A DNA stretch of 63,281 nt, the filler included, from Collodictyon triciliatum (Eukaryota), in assembly GCA_043381765.1 (NCBI GenBank). It is 17 parts of 17 records of this genome, joined end to end, with 100 filler letters (N's around TTAATTAATTAA, not from the genome) between each part and the next. Parts side by side here need not be neighbours in the genome. Positions count along the whole stretch, not along the records: positions 27,550 to 31,379 come from JBHJMP010006817.1; positions 31,480 to 35,309 come from JBHJMP010006818.1; positions 35,410 to 39,240 come from JBHJMP010006819.1; positions 39,341 to 43,167 come from JBHJMP010006820.1; 13 more parts are not named here. One strand, 5' to 3'. Made by a program: the position numbers and the translations under genes. A model generated the notes under the pieces. The model saw nothing but the letters and a program-made list of their open reading frames with translations. It did not search any database and was not told where the DNA came from. This document shows positions 31,001-42,133 of the stretch, in pieces. Each line of letters starts with the position of its first letter. The stretch's first letter is position 1.

Positions 31001-31158
31001 TTCTTTGGCCGCGGCTTTGCTGTTGTTGCTGCTTCTGCTGCTTCTGCTGCTTCGCTCAACGGGGCCGATCCTTGCGTCTCGGAGGGAATCTGATCGCCAG
31101 CCTCGGTCGCATCCTCGAAGGCTTTTGCTGCGTCGTTGTTCGGGCCAGCAAACTCCAT
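27758..31158 (-). CDS. MCRS1: Microspherule protein 1 homolog (MCRS_N + FHA)
   Basis: FTSSDDAKLIHAM...LRWIHKTVSFSKPFSVLEIADRWRYLL (MCRS_N); FHA: YAIFSGSVLRYEM, IGRSTKENKVDINVALEGPASTVSRKQ|AIICLK, NIGRKPIIINGKPL. ATG at 31158. Confidence 0.85.
27906..28008. repeat. (GATAAT)n microsatellite in intron
   Basis: Direct reading. Confidence 0.95.
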
Positions 31159-31579
31159 TCCTTGTTCTGTGTTGCAAAAGGGCAGCTGCTTGGGTGACTC
31201 GATCCCCGCTCTTTCTGTTTGATCATCTGATCTGTGGTTCTTTTCCTCTATTTTTCTTTTTTATATTTCTTTTTCTACATCTTTTTCTTTTTTCTTTTTT
31301 CTTTTTTCTTTTTTCTTTTTTCTTTTTTCTTTTTTCTTTTTTCTTTTTTCTTTTTTCTTTTTTCTTTTTTCTTTTTTCTNNNNNNNNNNNNNNNNNNNNN
31401 NNNNNNNNNNNNNNNNNNNNNNNTTAATTAATTAANNNNNNNNNNNNNNNNNNNNNNNNNNNNNNNNNNNNNNNNNNNNCCTAGTTGGAAGAAATTTAGT
31501 CTTTAAATATGGGAAAGGAGGGGGTTCAAGGATGGATTACAAGTTATGATTGATTGTCCAAAATTATTAAAGAGAACCT

Positions 31580-34500
31580 CATCATAAGTTACCCCATTCT
31601 GCACATCCTCGTTGTGTTTTTTAAGCTCTTTCAGGTAAAATTCCCACTGCGGCTGTGTCGACGTTTGGGCTTGCCCTGGAATCGAAGAGGACCCAGCGAA
31701 TGAAGTTCTTCTGAATCTATCTTTCTATACTCACCATTTTTAATTTCTGGAACAAGATGTATGTGATATGTAATAAGCATATGGATTCGAGAATTTGTCA
31801 ATCAAATTATACCATCAATCGAAGACTGTTTATATATTTCTCCATCATGTCGATAATACTAAATGCAAACAATCTCTCGTACATCCATGAGCCACCAGGA
31901 TTTTTTGAAGCTATATCCCCAGGCAGCTGAGAGGCACTTCCTCCCAAATCGCTAGATATTGAGCCTAGTGGGCTATTTGATATTACAGGAGAATCGATTG
32001 ATAAATTCGAAACAGAGCGCTCCATCGACCATTTTTTTGGTTGAAGTCCCCTTTGAATAAGTCCTTGTGCATCTTCTCCATCCCCGAATTCGATTGGGTA
32101 TTGATTTGCATCGTCGTGGTAGCTATTCATCAATTCTGGTATGGGACAAAGAGACGATAAAGAGCGAACAAGAGGGAACAATGGTGTTTGACCTCCTTCA
32201 CTCGATTCAACAGACCTTGGATAATTTTCATCTGTTCCCACATCCCCATTCATGCTATGTGTTGAGCCGCTTCTAAATAAAGATACTGAATTGATAGGGG
32301 GAGTTGATGATGATGTAAAACTGTTCTTCCTCCCTGGGACAGCCCTACTCTGGGACGAACTGGAACTTGCAGCACTAGCAAGTTTCTCAAGAAATTGGTT
32401 GGCGATATCTACATGGATTAGCGCTATTTATTACTATTCAGATAAAATGAAAAAAATATATAAATGATAATTTCTGGAGCGGATGAGTGGAGGTTCAGAG
32501 TTGTAATAATAATCTGGCTTTGTTCTAAAATAAAGTTACTTTGTGGGCTATCAGTGACTTTAGATTGGCTTCCCGATTTACCATTTGGGGTCCCCTCAAG
32601 TATTGCCACCATATTCAAAAGTGAACTAGACCTTGACTTAATCACTCCTTTGTTGGATGTACCCGGGACAGTGAGAGAAGGGCTTGAAGAAGAATTAACA
32701 TTTGGAGACAACCCTATGGGCTTTGGTCTAGTCCCGAGAACCGAATCTCCACTGTCAGACTTTACAATTGACTTCTTTCTTCTATTCGTATTCCCTGTTG
32801 ATAGTTTTCCTTTCAAATCCTCGATACCCTTAATTTTTTTTTTTTTTTACGTTTTGTAAGTTTTCTTCCTCATAAAACCATCTTTTACAAAATACTTATG
32901 ATAGTTGAGAATATGAATCTAGTTACTTATTGTAGATACCTTATCTCTGGTTTGGTTTAACTCGTTTTCTAATGCGGATATAACATCTTCGCCAATTTTT
33001 TTCATATTGCATACCTCCACATATTTTGTGTATAATTCCTACAATTAAATTTCTGTAAGTCACAAACATACAGTTCAAGTTTTAAATTTTATAAAAGATA
33101 ATTGGACAATAGATAGTCAGTACCTCAAAATCCATTTTTATTGTTTCTAGTTCGGCCCGGTGCTTATCCAACCCACCTCCCTCTGACTTTCCGGAGGAGA
33201 TTTGATTCACAGCGGTTCGCATCATGGAAAATTTCGATTTGTCTAAAAAAAATAGAATGAAATCTAATTTTTTTTATTTTTCTGTATCCAGAGATTATCA
33301 GAGTAATTCTTGATAGAAATAGCAATGAATTTTTTTCGCTTTCGGCAATTAAATCTTGCTTCATATTAGATAGCATAAAATAACCTTTGGTTTTTTGCTG
33401 AAGTTCTTCCATATCGAATTTCAAGTTGTCTAGTTCATTTTCCTTTTCTTCCAAGGTTTGCTCCAAGGACTATAAGGTGTTCATGGAAGTTTTCTTTACT
33501 TTACATCGTCCATAGTTAATACTTTTTGAGTAAACGTAATAATTTCGCTTCTTCTTCTTCTTTTTTTTTTGTGAGCGTACCCTTATTTTTTCATTCATCT
33601 CTTTAAGTTGATTGAGTACTCCAACTTGCGAGGAGTCTGCATTAAGTTGCTGCATTCTTTTAATAATTTCATCCTCAAAATTTTCTTTTATCTTGTTCAT
33701 CTCTCCCCTTAGGTTGGAAAGGGCCTACAACGGTTATTTATTTATATCTAATAGAAGACAGTTTGGTAACGCTATTCTGATAAACAATTTGTTTGAATCA
33801 GAAGTGTGTTTTTGTCACTTGTTCGGTAATAATCAAACTTTTACCAACTGCCTGTCTTCCGCCATTTCTTGGAAATATTTTCTCCTGGCCTCTGCTTCCT
33901 TTACGGTTTCGTCGGCATCATCGATCTTCTCATGCATTTCTTTCATCTCTTTTCGATGGTCGTTCGTAATTTCCGTAATTTCTTGTCTGGATTTTTTTCA
34001 TTTTTTTTAAATAAAATATTAAATTATCATTACCACACATACATCAGATGTGATTTTTTTTTTGTTTTATATTGATAACATCATTTTTTTATGAAGAGAT
34101 ATTTACATGAACATCAATTTCTGAGATTCCAGTTTATCCTGTAATGTTTTCTCCCATTTGAGCCTCTCATTGTACTCAGCTTCCTTTCTTGCGTACTCTC
34201 GGTTTCTCGATAACTCGGCCTTTTGGGACTCTATTTTTCTCAACAAATCTCCAATAACCTGAAATTAATATATTCTCAAATGAGTTAGAAAACAAATATC
34301 GTAACAAAAAAGAAATATTGCCAAGCGATCTACCTCTTTTTCCGCTTCACTTGCATTTGATGCTTGTAGTTTTGCTAGACGTTGATTTTCACCGTCCTTT
34401 GTTTCAATCTCATTTTCCAATCTCATAACTTCCAACCTTAATCGGTTTATTTCGCCCTTTATGTTAAAAAAACTTCAGAAAAACGCAAGACATTTTTTTT

Positions 34501-35123
34501 TCCAAAATGAGGTGTGAAAAAACTTGGATTATGTTAAAATATCGATAATGAAGTACGTGGGATTCCATATATCAATTTATTAGAGAAGGCCAAGGAAATA
34601 TTCACCTGTTGTACTCTGTTCATTTGTTTCAAATTAAGTTCCGAGTTTTTATTTGCATGTTCAGCTAGCTTGTTTGATAATTGTGCTATCCTGATTCCAA
34701 TGCTGTCTAATCCATCAAAAGAATCAGGCGCAACATTTTCAATTTTGCCATATTTTGCCTGAATCGCTTTAGGGTCAAAGAAGCGTCCCCATTCTTCTGC
34801 GCTATAAACTTCTCCTTGTTTCTGTTTTTGATAAAGCTGTTCGCGAAGGATTGAAAGTTCCTAGGAACACAAAAAATAACATATTTATACAAAAATGAAA
34901 TGGTAAGATGATTTCAAGCTCCTTGAAAAAAATCTTCCTCAGAGATTACATCATATATTTTCTTCTGGAAATATCAAGGAATACTAAAGAAAAGTAGCTC
35001 CATAAATTTAATACCTTGTAAAATGTTGCTCGTTGTTCGTCTAACATCTGATTTCTTCGAATTAAGTGACCTTTCAGAATATCCATCTGCAGCTCATGTT
35101 TCTTTATCCTTTCCATCATTTCC
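31580..35123 (-). CDS. Multi-exon coiled-coil protein with Ser-rich C-terminal region, unknown function, partial
   Basis: A series of GT-AG exons encodes heptad-rich segments (QRATFYK|ELSILREQLYQK; LEQTLEEKENELDNLKFDMEELQQK), followed by Ser-rich exons at 31807-32816. Confidence 0.65.
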
Positions 35124-35442
35124 TAAATTGAATAAATAATTCATTTAAATTATAAAAGAATAATATTGAGCCCCTTATGTATAGTTTGGAACAAAAATTG
35201 AAAATCATGGAGAAAAAGAAAAAAGAAAAGAAAAAAGAAAAGAAAAAAGAAAAGAAAAAAGAAAAGAAAAAAGAAAAGAAAAAAGAAAAGAAAAAAGAAA
35301 AGAAAAAAGNNNNNNNNNNNNNNNNNNNNNNNNNNNNNNNNNNNNNNNNNNNNTTAATTAATTAANNNNNNNNNNNNNNNNNNNNNNNNNNNNNNNNNNN
35401 NNNNNNNNNTTTTGAAGGAAGTATAAGTTTAGATTTTATCTA

Positions 35443-37152
35443 GATAGAACAAATTCCAGACTTCTGCAGTCTCCTATCATCTTTGACAAGCCTAGGGTTA
35501 CAATCAAACAAGCTGACTGAATTTCCTAACTGCATTTCTTATATGACGACACTGAAAAGGCTAGACCTAATGAATAACAAGGTATCTAATGAATGTCTAG
35601 TTGTGCTTATTCGTGTCAGTTTGATTTTTTTCTTCTTCTTATATTACCTTTATTGAGTCGGTTTGTTCTTATTTTGTTCAAAAGGTGTTCCTTATCCTGT
35701 TTAGATTTCTGAGGTTCCTGTATGGATAACACGACTTGTTGAAAACCTACATGAGCTCAAAATTGGATTGGGAAAGCCACCAAGAGCGTCAAACCAAAGA
35801 GGGTCACAACAAGAAAGTGCTACCGATACGACTGAGGGTAGTTTTGTTACAGCAAATCCAAGCTTTCGCTTGATGAAATGTTGGGATGAAAGGGCAGCCC
35901 GCATGTTTCGCTTTGATGAAAGAAGACCGCAATATCATGAGGTTTGCTCTGGAATATTTTGAAATTAGCTGGTTTAATTATGCCAGATTTGCTATGCCTC
36001 ATAGTCTTCTAAACTTCAAGTTATTTTTTTTTTTAGCGTATTGAATCCAAGGTCACTACCCTATTCAATCAAATCGAGCCGAGAATTGTAAATAGTGGCA
36101 AAGAGAAGATTCCTATCGATATAGGTGTGCTGATGTGTTCAGAGTGTCTAGGTGCTGGTTCTTATGGTATTGTCTTCAAAATGATTATTGGACATAAGGT
36201 AAGAGCCATAAAAATACCTAGCGCTGCGAATTACATGAACGGGTCATTTGTCGGGGATTGTGAGTCCAGTATCAACAATGCAACCCGAGAGCATGAGATG
36301 CTACTAGGGTTAGACCATCACACCAATATAATGTCTGTCTTAGATTATGTAATAATCCCCCAGAGAGGCGGGAGTAGGTCATTTATGTGCTATTTTATGG
36401 AGCTTGCCGACTGCTCTCTAACCGAGGAGATTTCTCGTTGGGATCAATTAAGCAATCAAGAAGCATACAGACTAGGAAAATCATATATAAAGCAGATTTT
36501 GATGGGATTGATATTCTTGCACTCCAAAGGGATTGTTCATCGGGATTTAAAGACAGACAATATCTTGGTGCAAAAATCTGTCATCAAAATATCAGACTTT
36601 GGCTTATCGAAGCGGATGGAGTTTCAGATGCAAAGTGCATCAACATGTGCACTCGGCACGATGCATTGGGGGTCACCTGAATTACTTGATGGCCATATAG
36701 CGCACCAAAAGGCAAACGACGTATTCACCTTTGGGACTATCTTGTGGACTATGCGAACCCGCAAGCAGCCTTTTCTTCACTTTATCCCTGCCAATATTGG
36801 AGCATTCCTCAAAGAGGGATACAGGCTGCCTTTTCCACGAACTAATCCAGGATTTTTTGTGGATATGATTCGTCGATGCTGGGTTACCGAACCAAGGGAA
36901 CGCTCCTACATCCCTGGATTGCTTGAAATGATTGAAAGGTATGAAGACACCCAAGGAATCGACGAGGTAAATTACACAGAGACAGACTTTGAAAAAATAT
37001 GGGGGAGAAACGATGACTTTGAGGCATGCTACACGGAGCTTTCTCAGAAGGCTTTGGAAAACCGTGTCAGATTGCAGGATATAGTCCCCTTGATGGAAAG
37101 CTTTTCCCGCAAGGCTGAGTGTCTGAAATTCGAACAATATGTCCCCAGGTAA
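35443..37152 (+). CDS. LRR-containing Ser/Thr (TKL-like) protein kinase, 5' truncated
   Basis: LRR exon SLTSLGLQSNKLTEFPNCISYMTTLKRLDLMNNK|ISEVP; kinase LGAGSYGIV, AIK, HRDLKTDN, DFG, GTMHWGSPE, DVFTFG; stop at 37152. Confidence 0.92.
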
Positions 37153-37533
37153 AGCGAGTGTTTGACAGCTCGCATGTGTCGCCTTTCTTCAAATCCTGCG
37201 TGACTCTTCATCACCAGCCACCTGAACGACAGAGAATGCCTGTCGTTTCATACACCTCCTCGTTAACTGGAGACAAAAAAATAAAAATAAAATAAAGGTC
37301 TTCGACGATAGCTTTTTCATTCTCCTCCTTAGCCTGGTTGATTGCTTACTAATTAGATTTCTTAAAATGCATTTGCTGCGTGTGTACGATTTTTAGATAG
37401 GGTGTCGCATTGTAGGATTTGCCTGTGCTGCAGTGATCCGTAGTTGTTCACTCACGCTTGCCAAAGATTAAAAAAAAACAAGAAAAGAAGGGAAGGCTTG
37501 TTTATCTTCGCCACTGGCTTTGATGCTTCGTTC

Positions 37534-39084
37534 ATGGGGATGGTATCTGAACGAGCTGAAAACCAAATGCGTATTGAGTTTTCTTTTTTCTTTTTTCTTT
37601 TTCTTTTTTTCTTTTTTCCTTTTTTTCTTTTTTCTTTTTTCTTTTTTCTTTTTTCTTTTTTCTTTTTTCTTTTTTCTTTTTTCTTTTCCGATTTTTTTTT
37701 AAAAAAAAAGATTGCGTGTAGCGAAGATTTATTCTGGCGCATCCTGTCGAATCAGCGCGCACAAGAGCCCAACTTCGGAACAATAGCACTTCGATGTTGG
37801 GCCATATCTTGGTTTGCGAATACTATAATGAAACTTAGTAACACAGGGACATTTACTTTGTCTGTACCTCGTATGTGGATGCCACTCCTTTTCTTTTCTT
37901 TTCTTTTCTTTTCTTTTCTTTTCTTTTCTTTTCTTTTCTTTTCTTTTCTTTTCTTTTCTTTTCTTTTCTTTTCTTTTCTTTTATAGTTTATGATGATTTA
38001 TTGTTTCTTGTTTGTTGCTACTGATCGTGCGAGTTACCCAACCAGATTGTATCCAACCATCCAAGGGAAAGCGCTGTGCTCCATCTGCAGCTGACAAAAA
38101 CTTTCCCAGTGGGCAGCGTTATCGACCAGTAAGAGGACTCAAACATCCGCAATCAATAGACCCATGAGTGATGACCTACTGTAATGCTGAATGAAATACT
38201 AGGATAGATTATTCGACAGCCTTTCAGAGCGAACAACACGAAGCATTATGCTCGCGGTGAGAAATAAATCAATAAAGCGTATTTTTTTTAAGGTTCTCTT
38301 GAAGGGTGCGGATTTTATGACTCTATCTCCCTTTTTATCTGTGATGAGAAAAGAAAAGGATAGGTCACTAGGTTCATATACCCTCATCTGTTTGCAGGAT
38401 ATCCATCTACCATTTGGTGGTTCTAGTAATCGACTATACCAGTCTGGAGTCTTTCGAATCTGCGCAAACATTTGTCAACAAGATGTCTGCAGAGCAATTG
38501 CTGTTGAATCTTTGCATTATAGTGAGCTCAGGTTGTTATCCACAATCACCGCCTGCTTTAATTATATTCTCTTTATCATCATTTTTGAGACATTTGATGA
38601 GAGAAGGTGTGTTTATATCGCTTATCCATCGCATATAACCGCACAAAATTATCACCAATTTGGGGCTTCTTGCTCTTTTTGTTCTGATTGTTTTGCTTAA
38701 TGTAGTTGAGAAGAAAAAGTTGTATGCTTTTGACCCGTGTGATATTTACACGCTTATTCCATCTGCCTCACAGACTCCTATATACTCATGGCATAGTAAT
38801 AATGTATGCTAAGACCAAATCCAATTATAATTAATTTACTTCATGATATGGTCTCTTGTGTCTGATTTCATATGGTCGGCGCTCAGATAATTTTTCATCG
38901 AATTAAATAGGGTTCTATTCGATATGGAGATATGCATTTGAAATTTACAAATTAATACTGTAACTAGACTGAAATACAAGGAAAGGTTTTAGAATCAATA
39001 CGCACCAAATGGAGATATGCTAACAAAGGCTCCTATTTTGACCCCCATGCATTGATGTGGGCTGTATCGAACTATTCTTCATGA
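37534..39084 (+). CDS. Probable centromere protein M (pseudo-GTPase)
   Basis: Spliced IYHLVVLVIDYTSLESFESAQTFVNKMSAEQLLLNLCII then EKKKLYAFDPCDIYTL...TPIY resembles CENP-M ([38 protein letters not shown]...SPLLY, from memory). Small GTPase-like core with no P-loop seen. Confidence 0.45.
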
Positions 39085-39340
39085 CATGAGATTCAATTAT
39101 TTTTCTTCTTTTTCTTCTTTTCTTCTTTTCTTCTTTTCTTCTTTTCTTCTTTTCTTCTTTTCTTCTTTTCTTCTTTTCTTCTTTTCTTCTTTTCTTCTTT
39201 TCTTCTTTTCTTCTTTTCTTCTTTTCTTTTTTTTATTCTTNNNNNNNNNNNNNNNNNNNNNNNNNNNNNNNNNNNNNNNNNNNNTTAATTAATTAANNNN
39301 NNNNNNNNNNNNNNNNNNNNNNNNNNNNNNNNNNNNNNNN

Positions 39341-39440
39341 CAAAACCAAAGGGAAACGTGGTTTTTGTGCAAAACCAAAGGGAAACGTGGTTTTTGTGCA
39401 AAACCAAAGGGAAACGTGGTTTTTGTGCAAAACCAAAGGG
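39341..39440. repeat. 29-bp tandem repeat (CAAAACCAAAGGGAAACGTGGTTTTTGTG) x3.4, each unit with an internal inverted repeat
   Basis: Units at 39341, 39370 and 39399, partial at 39428; AAAACCA...TGGTTTT stem with a 10-nt loop. Confidence 0.95.
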
Positions 39441-40230
39441 CTAATTGAATAGATTATTTAAGCATTGCGTATTCATTAAGGAACCAGTTTTCTTGAAGAT
39501 TTCCAGCGATATAATTATTTGGACTCTATGTTTATGAATTATGTTTCAGATGATTTTAACAATACAGTGGGCAAGGCTAGGATGTGTATTGGTTCTGCAT
39601 ATGAAAGAATTAGGAATCATCGAACAAATCAAACTTTGAACTCAGCTTTGAGAAAGAAAAATTAGTGTTTTCTTTTGCAATTTTCTGGAATCAGTCAATA
39701 TAGCGGGCTAATTTCAACAAGTCTAATTGATTCTGCTAATGCGCTTCAGATTGAAATCGAGCTTGCATTAACAGCGCGGTCTATGCAAGCTTATCATAGT
39801 GATACAACGGCAGGTAACTCAAGAAATATAATAGGACGACCAGACACCACAACTTCATATGTTTTATCTAATTGTTATATGTCTTGTGATCTGGTGCGAA
39901 TGGCTCCTGAATATCACCAACAACTTCAATCTAGTATTCAACGAGGCATTTCCCTGCAAATTCTATACAAAAGTTGGAGAACTTCACTTCATTATCTGCC
40001 AGCGGCAACAATTCAAATATTTTGTATAATATAAATGGCACGGTAATTTCATTATACGCTGTTTATGTTACTTTTTTTTGACAGTGCTGAGCAAAACAAA
40101 TTTACAGTAGCAGGTCGTGACAGAAAACACTATCCAACAAATCTAAAAACTGCTCAGCTACAACTTGGCTCATTCTATTATTCTCTTCAACCTATGGATT
40201 GTGAAAATGATGCAAGATATTTATTGAATT

Positions 40231-40311
<81 letters not shown>

Positions 40312-40820
40312 ATTAGGTTTCACTTTTGTTCGTGGCGAGTATCCTAGGACGTTTGGTTTTGATGGAACTGAATTTAGAGGACCAAAATGAGGAACTTTTA
40401 ATTTGCTAGAAAGTTGTAAAATAGTTTCTAGAAGTGAAATTAGTGCTGCTATTAGCGTAGTGTATCGAATTGATGCTGTTAAATTTGCAAATAGTACTTA
40501 CAGCATCTATACAGCGGATCAGGTTATGCTCTTGCTGATGCTGATGCTGACGCTGACGCTACCAATGTAGTTCGTTGTTGTTGTTGTGAAGCTGCACAAG
40601 GATGTTCTGAATTAATGCTTGGCTTTAATTTCTGCAAGGTCCTCGATGCAGTTGATGGGAGATAGTTGGCTCAGACATCCAGTCGTCAGGATCAGGCTTG
40701 ATTAGTTTGCGGCTAGAGTTTACTGGTAAAGTTGGAAAATACTACCATGTTATTATTGCATCTATGTATGACGCCGTCCTCGAAATTCAATCCAACCAGC
40801 ATACTTTTCGTTTAAAATAA
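39441..40820 (+). pseudogene. PLV-type major capsid protein pseudogene (stops, frameshifts, poly-A expansion; N-terminus missing)
   Basis: Reconstructed: II*ALRIH*GTSFLEDFQRYNYLDSMF...ALQIEIELA...SYVLSNCYMSCDLV...LQILYKSW...AQLQLGSFYYSLQP...IFIELQK(polyA)TLG...LMLGFNF...IVGSDIQSSGSGLISLRLEF...VIIASMYDAVLEI...*. This follows the order of PLV MCP motifs RLRI...LEDI..YN, LRIEIELA, Y.ISN, QIG..YP.QP, AELQKA, SG.N, YD.VL.I. Confidence 0.75.
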
Positions 40821-40836
40821 TTTCTTATTATAAGTA

Positions 40837-40962
40837 ATGGAACCACTTACAATAATCTCATTAATTCTGACTTGTGTGTTCGTGATAGAGCGTGTGTGGA
40901 GATATTAAGTTGATAATCTGAAACGCAGCTCGTGTTGCTGTTTGGGCACCGTCGAATTTTAA
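40837..40962 (+). pseudogene. Small viral-type membrane protein (TM helix + basic Cys cluster), one internal stop
   Basis: MEPLTIISLILTCVFVIERVWRY*VDNLKRSSCCCLGTVEF, starting 16 nt after the MCP stop. Confidence 0.55.
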
Positions 40963-41229
40963 AGTGAAAAGGATTTGTTACATTCGTTGGTATAAAATTG
41001 AAATGTTTTATTATGTTGTACCACATATCAAACGGGGTTGGAAACCTTCTAAATTTCTATACCATCGCTGTTTTTCTGAAATAAAGGGGTATGGAGGTTC
41101 TATTACTTTATACTTATGTACGTATACATATAAGGGTATACAAATAGGTATACATATAGTTGTATTATGTAAAAGAGTAAGGGATACCGACCGACGCCGT
41201 TTTGATTTTGTAGGAACTAAGCAAGCCAA

Positions 41230-41627
41230 GTTAACCAACGCCGATGTCGACCGTTCAAACATTTTCAACCCCTATTCTATTTTCATTATCACTGAGTATC
41301 CCACGATGCATGTGATTTTGAAACCGAGTTCAAGCGCGGACTCGTTGCAGGATTCACTGCAAAGCTGCGAGACTGGGACAGACTTATAGTGTCGAATGGA
41401 ACAAAAAAAGCTACGTGGAAAACAAATATGAACACTGTCGTCCAGGCATATGCTTTGTTTCATGGTGTAGAATTCAGTAAGCATTTAGAGTTTACGCAAC
41501 TAGAATGATTTGGAACTCTTGATGTGCCTAAAAGCGTTCAACCATTGCATGTCCACCAAGTGCTTGCGAACTGCAAAGTACTGCTGATGCATCTGATAGT
41601 TACGCTGAAGATTCTTCGTGATGAATA
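41230..41627 (+). pseudogene. Decayed hypothetical ORF within the viral cluster
   Basis: One frame runs ~130 codons with only two internal TGA (FHYH*VSHDACDFETEFKRGLVAGFTAKLRDWDRL...QLE*FGTLD). Confidence 0.4.
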
Positions 41628-41639
41628 AAACTACTTCCG

Positions 41640-41953
41640 TATATAATTCCACGCCCAAAATCATGCACTCTTGGGGTCGTCTATATTATTTTTGCGTAGC
41701 GCTTCCTGTATCTTTCTGTTCTAAATCGTTTGTATCTGGTCATTTATAATACCCGAACTGATCTCTATAGTGTTCGTATCTTTTGTCTCCCATGCTCACA
41801 GGTTGTGATAGCATACGAACAAAATCTCCTTTGATTTCAGGGTGTGGTTGCTTAGGTCCTGCAAGCCACACTGTATATTTTTTATTTTTACTTTGCGATA
41901 TCTTGATATACTTCTGGCCCTTGACCTTGACGTCCAGTATAAAATTCACTCAT
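41640..41953 (-). pseudogene. DUF5754-like viral protein pseudogene
   Basis: SKNKKYTV...VSMGDKRYEHYRDQFGYYK*PDTND...RYRKRY...DDPKSA*FWAWNY matches the KNKKY..HFGD.RYEHY.D..G.Y..LDH.D..RR.RY..RH....SAGYWSW..LW pattern of this PLV/NCLDV family. Confidence 0.65.
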
Positions 41954-42133
41954 TACTTTTCTGGAGAAAATATTCCGGAGTCTTACGGTACCGTGTTGCC
42001 TAGTATGGTATTGCTATATATGAAAAGTAATTGGGGTGTGGAAATGGGGTTAAAATATCGAGGATAAAATAAACTGATAACATCCAATGCTGGGTACCAA
42101 GTTTTGGTAGATATCAGCTTCGTTTGATGTTTG

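Larger units (their letters stand above)
39341..42060. mobile_element. Endogenous Polinton-like virus (PLV)/virophage-related element remnant
   Basis: Compact intronless cluster of decayed ORFs including a double-jelly-roll MCP-like gene, a small TM-Cys ORF and a DUF5754-like ORF. Confidence 0.75.

Noticed and set aside
39341-39440. 29-bp palindromic repeats as a CRISPR array
   Set aside because: The units are contiguous with no spacers, there are no cas genes, and the context is eukaryotic.
39441-41953. In-frame TAA/TAG/TGA in viral ORFs as an alternative genetic code
   Set aside because: The same ORFs also carry frameshifts, and intact host genes terminate at TAA (37152, 53834) and TGA (63127); decay explains the stops.
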